From NCBI GenBank assembly GCA_951406725.2, contig OX597830.1, positions 46,934,001 to 46,998,000 of the forward strand: 64,000 nt of DNA. The letters run 5' to 3'. The position numbers and the translations under genes were made by a program. Of this stretch, positions 54,563-64,000 are shown in pieces. Under the pieces are notes generated by a model. It searched no databases. It had not been told where the DNA came from and saw only the letters and a list, made by a program, of their open reading frames with translations. Source of the stretch: Octopus vulgaris (taxonomy: Eukaryota). Within the stretch, counting starts at the first letter, position 1, and the number at the start of each line of letters is the position of its first letter.

Positions 54563-55329
54563 TGGTGTCCTTCTTGTATTAAAACAAAATAGAATAAGTT
54601 GCCACGTATGTAAGCTTCCAGTGGGTCTCTACACGGTCACTGGACTTGGAAAATAGCAAGCAAATCTACCTCAAATGACAACCTGATTTCTAAAATACGG
54701 AAGGCCACATTAGATAATGTGTGACCACGTGACCCTTAAGCGCTGGCTGGTTGTCCATGATTAGAATGCTTGTAATCATAGGTCTTCTTCACTAGATCTT
54801 ACTTGGAACCAAACAACAAAAACAACCAGAGATTTTAAGAGCCAGCGTTGGAAACTATGTGGCCACTTGATATGCTAGAAATAGCCGTCGTGTTTCTCTC
54901 AAATTACATTCTAGCGTCTTAAAACAGGAAAGGACACATCAGATGATGCAGTCCAAGTCATAACTTTTGGGGAAACGAGGAAACGACTGGCAATCATAGT
55001 TTTGCATAATCTGTGTTTTAAATTGGTTTGATTGGGGGTAAGTCGAATTTGTTCCACACCTATTCTCTACCTGCTATTCTTCAAGAGTGCACGCTTCTAT
55101 TTTACACTATGTATGTATGCATGTATGTATGTATGTATGTATGTATCTGTCTGTCTATATGCCCGTCTGTTTATCTATCTACCCATCCATCTATCTATAG
55201 AGACGTGTGTGCGCGTTTGTGTTTCTCTCTGTTGGTGTTTCCACTGGTTTAAAATAATTAAAAAAAGAAAATCGATGTGGTTAATGAGCTGCGGTCATAA
55301 CACAACTCATTAATAAACACATATAGGAG

Positions 55330-55760
<431 letters not shown>

Positions 55761-56058
55761 AGAATAAATAAACCTATGACACATGTCATTCTGTTCTTCA
55801 TGCAACATCCAAGAATAATGTTCCAAAACTGGAAAACCATTCCGAATATGTATATCAATGGAGAGACGTAATTAGGCAAACATACTGAAAATACCATAAT
55901 GGTTAATTTACATTAAAACTATAATGAGGGTGTTGAATGATTACAAAACTAGTCTGCTGGAAATAGACCCCAAATGGTCTATGAACCACTTAGATTATTA
56001 CTCCGCTACGCAATGTTGTTAGCGAGGAAAATAGACAGCGAGGATATATATAAAATAA

Positions 56059-56456
56059 CTAGCAGTATCGCCCGGCGTTGCTCGGGTTTGTAAGGGAAAT
56101 AACTATATAAGCATTTTTAGAGATGTAAAGTATAATAGCCATCTCAATATGGCTAACCACAAAGGGGGTGGGGGTTACTGTAGCTTTTTACGTTCTGAGA
56201 TTTAATAATAAATTTTTAGAGAGTTACTTCCCTTATATATGCCAAAAATGCATTAAAAATGGGAAAAATTGATGGTAATTTTTTTTTTAATCGTAGACTC
56301 ATTGTAGACGCGCGCTAATACCAAGAAGGGCTCGATATGAATCACGACTATAAGATACCCGGTTTTTGGTTAAACTGCACCGCAAAATGTGGGAGTAGTT
56401 AGGAATCTAAATCGTAGGAGACAGACAGCACACAACCTCACTTTTATATATAAAGA
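56059..56456 (-). mobile_element. Non-autonomous Helitron, copy 2
   Basis: Same 3' about 60 bp (identical hairpin and CTAG|T) and homologous 5' about 200 bp (A|TCTTTATATATAAAA) as copy 1. Confidence 0.9.
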
Positions 56457-57626
56457 TTTGTATAGTGTCAAATCTATAGATTGCACGGTTTCCGATCATC
56501 AGTGGCAACACACCGAACGTAAAGAAATGAAAAATACATTATACATACCGCCATAAGCGCAAATAATGTACATGTATTTCGCACGTATTCACGAACTGAA
56601 ATCTGAGCGCCTATTTCAACCATGGGCTTATTTACCCAGAATAGTTCTGCAGTAAATATGTTATAGGAGTGAATTAATATATTCTTTTACTATCTAAATT
56701 ATTTTATAAGTCCCCGCTGTCTATTTCTCTCGCTTCAATATCAATGGAGATAAATACCTGAGACTATTTGGTTTTTAATCTTCTTCGGTAAGGACTTACG
56801 GGAGTTTATGACGAATAATTAACTGCCTTTAGATTGGTCCATAATATCAAATGTTGGGGAAGGGTCTGTCTCGTCGTGTTCAATGATAAATTATGCTCAA
56901 AGTGAAGAAGCTAAGAACCAGAAAGCAAATAAAACCCAGTTATTTAGGAATGGGTATTGATATCAACACAGCTTAATATACTAGTAAGTTCTTAATGTAT
57001 TCTTTACTTGTTGCAGTCATTTGACTGCAGCCATTATGATAAATATAATTATATAAATACATATCCATCCATCCTCCCATGCACACACACACACACACAT
57101 ACGCAGACAGAAAATATGTTTGTGCATATATGTGTGTGTGTGGTGCATGTTTCGTCACATCCACGCCGAGTATCATAAGAATGTTTTTTAAACATTAATG
57201 CTTCTTCCCAAATAAATAACGATACAGAAAAATCAATATCAGATAGGAATTAGAAGCTTGATTACTAGACCTATAGATTTAACACTTCATTAATTATAAA
57301 TACGATGCAGGCACGAATACACCCACGCCTATGCATAACCTCATGCTCATAACATCGGACGAATACAGACATGGATATCTACTTACATCCATACACTTAG
57401 ACACACGTGCATATATAATATACATCAGTATCATAGATTCTTGAGAATAATTACGAGTAACTCTGAAGACAAACACACACACATTATATATATATATATA
57501 TATGTCTATATAAACTCGTGTTTATTTATGCATATGAGTAATATATATATATATAATAATATATATGCATATATATATAATAATAATATATATACATATA
57601 TATATATATAATAATATATATATATG

Positions 57627-57719
<93 letters not shown>

Positions 57720-57773
57720 GCACAGTGTGCGCTTGATATATATATATATATAGCGTGAGTGTGCGCTTGAGTG

Positions 57774-57824
<51 letters not shown>

Positions 57825-58584
57825 ATATGCGTAGAAATACATACAAAACCAGAAAACACACACACCCGAGCATTATTATATATGCTTCTGCACATCTAAT
57901 TAAGTTTGTATATTTTTTAGTCTCCTGAGAGTTTTGGTAATTATTCCCAACAGAAGGCGATATATTCACATATGTGGGTGTGTACGCGCCCGCACCCATG
58001 TGTGTGTGTGTGTGTGTGCACGTCAGTATGTATGTATTTATGGATGGATGGATGGATGGATGATCTCTTCTGTTTTCAATTATTTAAATTCTTCCTCTCA
58101 GGAAGAAGCGGCTTCCTAACAAATACACAAAGCCTCACCGTTGGAATGGAGATTACATATATATATGATTAAAATCAAACTAAGCAACAAAGATATCCAG
58201 AGGTAATGCAGGACGATCATTTCATGCAACTCCATTTAATTGAACAATGCAATCATTACATCAATTTAAGATGCAGAGCAATCTTCAGCTTCTCAAAAAC
58301 ATAGAATTTAATTAAATTAAAACAGATGGACACATTAGTATAATTATAACTAAAATCTCCAAGAAGTTAAGGAGATAGACAAAGAACATTCAGTTCTTGC
58401 TCCTGCATAGAAGGTACTAAGCTTTTCAAGAAGATATACATTGTTACAGACTCTGCCTCTCACTGATTTCTTTGTTTTTATGGGGTCGGTTTTACTTTAT
58501 AGCTAAATCTCCTTCAATTCACATCCAACAACCTTAAAAAACACACGATATAATAATTCTGCTTAATCTTATTGGTGTTCTTAA

Positions 58585-58793
58585 TGTGGCAAGCTAGCAG
58601 GATTGTAACTGCACCAGGCAAAATGCTTAGAAGTATTTTATCCATCTTTATGTTCTGAGTTCAAATTCTACTGAGGTCAACTTTGCCTTTCATCCTTTTG
58701 GAATTGATAAAAGCAGTACCACATGATTATTGGGAAGGACGGGTGTCAACTAGCCCCGTCCCCAAATTTGCTGGCCGTGTGCCAAAATTTGAC
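58585..58793 (+). mobile_element. SINE family C, common tail
   Basis: GTTCTGAGTTCAAATTC..GAGGTCAACTTTGCCTTTCATCC..GGCCGTGTGCCAAAATTTGA. Confidence 0.8.
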
Positions 58794-58794
58794 A

Positions 58795-59220
58795 AGTTTC
58801 GATCGGGTGTTATACGGGTGAGCATAGGGCTGACGAGAGTGTCTTACTCGAAGTCCTTCCAAGTTTCTAGCGGGTGTTTTAGTTTGTCTATCTATAGTGG
58901 AATGGCTTATTTGCCCAGTAGTGGGGCGTGGCACTTGGGGACTGAGTTTAGCAGTGTGTTTTTTTAAGCCTGGTGCTTGCCATGAATTCAATTTGCTGGG
59001 GGAAGCCGCTGCCAGATAGCGCCTGGTTGTAGTATGTAGCGTGGTTATTGCAGATTTCCTCCGTGGCCGAGAGATCAGATATCCGGATAGATATGCCTTT
59101 TATTACACTATCGAAGGTAGATTTATGGTAATTAGAGTCTTTGTTAATGCATCTGGGGTATTGATTAGGCTTATGGTAGTGTCTATGCTAAAATATCTGA
59201 GGTATTGATTAGGTTTATGG
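58795..59220 (-). mobile_element. Penelope-like RT thumb-region fragment
   Basis: KPNQYPRCINKDSNY...IKGISIRISDLSATEEI.N.HATYYNQALSGSGF matches PLE KPN..P.YI...SNHP...RIS.LS...Y..AL..SG. Confidence 0.7.
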
Positions 59221-60716
59221 TATAATTTAATTGCTATTAAACTTGAAATACAATTTTCAATATCTGCACTAAACTATTGTCCTTATAACCGGACCTAGAT
59301 TGAATTTCCAGCCCCACTCTACTGAAACTTTAACGTTTGACCTCTAAGCCCCATACAATACTCACATATCTATATCATCACCTTTACTGTTATTTATTTA
59401 TATTTTTTTTACCCTATTATCTTTATCTTATTTTATTTTTATTCCTTTTCTTCTCTCTCCCTCTCTCTCTCACTTTCTTCTCTCTCCCACTCACACTCAC
59501 TCACAAAACACATTTATGATATATCCATCATTACCTTTACTTTTATCTTATTATTTTTATTACTATTTACATTTTATTTTCATTTTTACTTTTACCCTTT
59601 TACCACTATCTTATTCTTTTATTATTTTCTCCTCTCTCTCTTTCCACCCTCCTCTCTCTCATACACCCACTAAACCCATTTATGTCCACCATATTTTCCC
59701 GCTCAATATACTCATTTACAATATGAATATAACATTCAAAATACTGTCTGCGTTTACTTGGGATTTTCCCTAAAAATCTGTACCTTCATGGAAATACTGA
59801 CCAACATCCATACGCTCTGGAAAAAATGAGATGTGACATTATTTTCTTGCCTTACATCTGAGTGCCTGAATAACAGGGCCTCAAATATGAAGTGCGGTTC
59901 ATTTGTTTAAAAAATCACATTTTCCCTGCATATATATATATATACAGGGAAAGACGTTACCAGGGATAGAGTGAATACAGATGTTTCTCGTTGGTAATTT
60001 CTCATAACATCTTCTGCAAGGCCTTAAGATTTAAATGATTATAAACAAAATCCGTTGCTTTCCTTTAGAACCTTGCTAGCAAGTAGGTGGCCGGTCACAA
60101 TTTACTCTGAATTGAAAAGAGTAAGGAATTACGTATATGCATACATGCAAACATACACATACATGCATATATGTGTGTTTCTGTGTAAGTATAACGTATG
60201 TATGTTTGCATGCGTGTATATGTGGTTGTGTGCCCCTGCATGTTGGGGCATCTGTCATTACCTAAGGCTCTCTCTCTCTCTCTGTTTCTGTTTGCATCCG
60301 CGCACACATATGTCTTTCTCTGTGTGTGTGTGTGTGTGTGTGTGAGTGATAGTGCAAGCGTGTGTGTGTGTGTGTATGTGTGTTTGAAACGTTGAAAATT
60401 TTGTGAATTTATGTGTATTTTGAAAGAAACTCCAATATTGAAAGCCAACAACTACGGTACACAGCTGGAAGGAAATTATTCGCCATAATGACAAGTATTT
60501 CAAGTCTAAAGAATTTATCGAGAAATTTCTTATCTAAAATAAGTTCATTATTTAAGATATTGTTCCTGGCATTTCAGTTAATATCTTTGGAATATTTCGA
60601 AAGAACCAATCTTCGGTAATTACATTAAATGCTAGACGAAGTTTTAGAAGCATCTGAAAGCGACTATAAAATTTCATGAAGTATATATTTCCATTACAAT
60701 GATTTTACATATGTAC

Positions 60717-60792
<76 letters not shown>

Positions 60793-61446
60793 ACACACAC
60801 ACATAGACACACATATGTATGAATCTATAAATGTATATATAGCATACATACATATATATATATATATGGGGGGAATATGTATGTGCGTAGACAGACACAT
60901 CGACACTACCACGCAAACCCGCCATCGCAATACGATTTAACAGGTATATACTTACGACTTACGCACAAACAATACGTCGTACAGAATCACACAGACACAC
61001 AGACACTGACATACAGACACACACCCACAGATGAGTGTACACTTTCCCACACACTGATGTATACATTCACACTCATACACACACACAAGCACTGTTCTAC
61101 TACACGTCACCCCCGCATCCTTCTTCTGTTCTTGAATATCACTCAAGGTCGGTTCGTTACTTTCAATCGGTCCACGCCAACGATGTAAACCAACAATACA
61201 CTTGTGCATTCCTACTGGACTTTTCCTTTCTATTGTTGATCGTCTTTTCTTCTTCTCTTCCCACTCAGAGTTTATATTCCATATAACACAATGTTCGGAG
61301 CATCATAATCATCTCCTTCCACTCTTTCAAGCAGCAACATAGGAATTTTGCATCTGTAGCCTTGAGAGAACCTCTCTTATAAGCACTTGGTACATAAAAC
61401 ACACACACATAGAACGTAGCAGAGGAGATTAATCTGTTATGGGTGC

Positions 61447-61505
61447 CTGAACTCTCATATCACATAATTTCAGTCTACTAGACATCATCAGTGGGAGGCA
61501 TCCAG
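61447..61505 (-). ncRNA. Type I hammerhead ribozyme-like motif with bulged, extended stem I
   Basis: Minus strand CTGGA-tgc-CTCCCA-CTGATGA-T-GTCT-agt-AGAC-T-GAAA-TTATGTGATA|TGAGAG-TTCAG. Confidence 0.65.
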
Positions 61506-61518
61506 TCATCGCATTACA

Positions 61519-61603
61519 GACAAATCTCGCTGCCACAATATATTGGACAAATCTCGCTGCCACAATATATTGGACAAATCTCGCTGCCACAATATATTGG
61601 ACA
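61519..61603. repeat. 27-bp tandem repeat, 3 perfect copies
   Basis: GACAAATCTCGCTGCCACAATATATTG x3 plus GACA. Confidence 0.97.
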
Positions 61604-61901
61604 TTTGCATCTTTTCAGACACTGATATTACAAATAGGTAACAGACTTATTAAAACTTAATTATTAGCGACGGAAGCTGTACAAGTAGCAAATGGCAATA
61701 TTTATACCCAATGTAACGTGGATGTCTTGCTAGAACACCGAATACTTCGTTATTAGCCGTGAGAGAGCCTCTCACATAGGGTCTTAGTGTATAAACGTAC
61801 ACACATATATAATAGCAAACGAGAACCGCCGGCTAACCCGTGTCTGAAAAAAGCTAATATTCTGTTTATCATAGCAGCGAGATTTGCCTATTGTGCGTCG
61901 A

Positions 61902-61960
61902 CCGGACGCCTTCCACTGATGATGCCCAGTAGACTGAAACCATGTTATATGGAAGTTCGG
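61902..61960 (+). ncRNA. Hammerhead ribozyme-like motif, inverted partner of 61447-61505
   Basis: CCGGA-cgc-CTTCCA-CTGATGA-T-GCCCAGTAGAC-T-GAAA-CCATGTTATA|TGGAAG-TTCGG; perfect 6-bp stem I, damaged stems II and III. Confidence 0.6.
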
Positions 61961-62158
61961 ATGACCAGAACAGACGATCTTTGTGTGTGCTTTAATGCAC
62001 CAATCACCAACATGAGATGGTTTCTCAGGGCTAATGATGCATTATTCGCTGTTCTAACAAAATGTCTACTTTAAGTTGGATATTAAGATTGAATTAATTT
62101 TTAATAATTTTGATTGGAAACATATTCGTCAATCCCATCTTTTTTATTTCACTCTTTC

Positions 62159-62259
<101 letters not shown>

Positions 62260-62295
62260 CCTGTCTGATTTGTCTATCTGTCTATCTACCGTTTC

Positions 62296-62661
62296 TCTCT
62301 TTGTTTACAAATTCAGACACTCCCAACGGAGATTGAATAATGAACTTATTTCACTGAATGTTTTAGATAACAGGTTAATTGTTTCCTCGAAACAAATTTC
62401 GGATGGTTTTCTCTGCGGGATGTAATTACAATACTTTTTATGTTCTGCAGGTGATAATTTCCTTAAAAGAAGTCATACCTTCTTTTCGTCTGTCCCGTTT
62501 CTTCATTCTTCTTTGAAGATTCCTTCATATCTTCTGAAGTATGCAGAAAACGTAATCCCTTCTTCTGGATTATAAGTAAATTCTTCGATCGAATTAGCAG
62601 AAAAAGAACCTGATTTGTTTTTTGGACAGCAACAATAATTCCAACAACTGTTGATTTTTCC

Positions 62662-62700
<39 letters not shown>

Positions 62701-62828
62701 AGCTGTTGTTCTTGTTGTTGCTGTTGTAGTTGCCGTTGCAACTGTTGCTGCTGTTGTTCTTCTTGTTATAGTTACCGTTCCAACTGTACCACGGAAGCTA
62801 ATAGGTCTTCCATGCTAAGAACGTCCAT
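62296..62828 (-). pseudogene. Gypsy (Mag-like) gag N-terminus with polyQ tract, disabled
   Basis: ATG at 62828: MDVLSMEDLL..polyQ; after frameshifts SIEEFTYNPEEGITFSAYFRRYEGIF..DEKKV*LLLRKLSPAEHKKYCNYI..KPSEICFEETI..SLFNLRWECLNL. Confidence 0.85.
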
Positions 62829-62896
62829 AGTGAGCTTCGAATGTCTTGTTGTCACTCTTATATCCTCGGCTTTGGATATAGACTACACTGTAACAG

Positions 62897-63158
62897 TGTT
62901 ATAACAATACAAACACTAAATCAGTAACGAACACACAACAAACTTATATTTCTTCTCAACGACTTCTACGACTGCCTTCACAAATGCGACTGCACACACC
63001 ACACTGTACCTCGCATGCGCCTTTATAAGGTCAGTACGCATGCGCCTTTATAAGGTCAGTACGCATGCGCCTTTATAAGGTCAGTACGCATGCGCCTTTA
63101 TAAGGTTTAGGACAATTAACTTGCTATCCCACAGAGATGTCAGGATTTCACCACAACA
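62897..63158 (-). mobile_element. Putative 5' LTR of the Gypsy element
   Basis: TGT(T)GTGG...TATAACA termini, about 260 bp, about 70 bp upstream of the gag ATG; contains TATAAA; no intact PBS seen. Confidence 0.55.
63012..63106. repeat. 25-bp tandem repeat, 3.8 copies, inside the putative LTR
   Basis: CGCATGCGCCTTTATAAGGTCAGTA x3 plus 20 bp. Confidence 0.97.
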
Positions 63159-63474
63159 CAGATGAAGAGGCTTTAAGACATTGGAGTACATAAAAAGTGA
63201 GTGTGTGAACCGCTCTGGTATCGGAGTCAGAGACGTTCAACAAAAATATGGACACTGTAAGCTTCTTTACAAATAAGTCTTGTAGAATGAAACTAAAGAG
63301 TTTGTTCAAATATGGCCACTCAATGTACGACATGAGGAAAATAATAACACAAAATCACGACAACATCGCTAAACTTTTTATATAAAAATGTGGTGGAACT
63401 TTGTTCATTCAAAATGGCGACATACTGCAAACGACTTCCGGATCACAAGCAATGACACACATCAGTGAATGAAG

Positions 63475-63755
63475 AAGGTTGAGGCGTGTTATGAGCCCGA
63501 GGATTCATAAGGCCGTAAAGTAACTCAGTTTCCGTGATTGAGATGACAACACACCCATCACTCTGGATGAGATGCCAGTCCATCCCAGGCTTAACTTTCT
63601 AGATATCACTGGAACTCATTTGCAGCTGAGTGGCCTGGGGCAATGAGGAACGAGGTGTTTTTCAGAAGAGTACAATGCGGTGCTCGGTCCGGAGACCGAA
63701 ACAACGGAATTACATTCGTGAGTGCAACACATCCGAACTACTAGGCGCATACCTT
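63475..63755 (-). mobile_element. Old tRNA-derived SINE, possibly with a V-domain-like body
   Basis: Degenerate tRNA head, CACTCAGCTGCAAATGAGT core, GATGGACTGGCATCTCATCCAG segment. Confidence 0.5.
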
Positions 63756-64000
63756 CTCTTCTCAACGTATGAAGCTAGAATCGCCCCCCCTCCACACGTC
63801 CATAAATCTGCTCCTCATCCTCTCACTGAATCCCACAAATAGAAATATTTCTTATACGTCCTTCTCTGCTCTGAAAACCTTCTAAGTGCAACCGAATGAT
63901 ATTGATTTTGGTGTAGAAAAGCGTGTGCAGATAATTTGTGAAAGTGGTATAATGTTTCGCGATAACAGATACTTGAACACGATCTGAAAGACCTTTTGTC

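Noticed and set aside
58211-58290. Minus-strand CTGAAGA...GAAATGATCGTC hammerhead with long stem II
   Set aside because: Stem I unsupported; kept only as a weak candidate

Overview
AT-rich, repeat-saturated animal genomic DNA, intergenic or deep intronic. The SINE complement and microsatellite density look like an octopus/cephalopod genome; this is an inference from pattern recognition, not from a search. I find no supportable host protein-coding gene, and most ORFs in the track are microsatellite translations. The window is a mosaic of decayed R4/Dong-type RLE LINEs next to (TAA)n, one young 5'-truncated CR1-type LINE with an open RT ORF (43237-44335), Penelope-like fragments, Tc1/mariner relics and MITEs, two non-autonomous Helitrons, a Gypsy/Mag LTR+gag remnant and about five tRNA-derived SINE families. 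Most interesting: (1) about seven hammerhead-ribozyme-like motifs from at least four sequence families, several in inverted pairs; (2) a head-to-tail array of three ORF1-only (HAL1-like) L1/Tx1-type units at 48.9-52.0 kb whose 3' end is shared by a TSD-flanked SINE dimer at 17.7-18.1 kb; (3) a 255-bp near-perfect foldback element and a 440-bp perfect palindrome; (4) two Helitron copies with different internal cassettes. Coordinates were counted by hand; boundaries of decayed elements are approximate.
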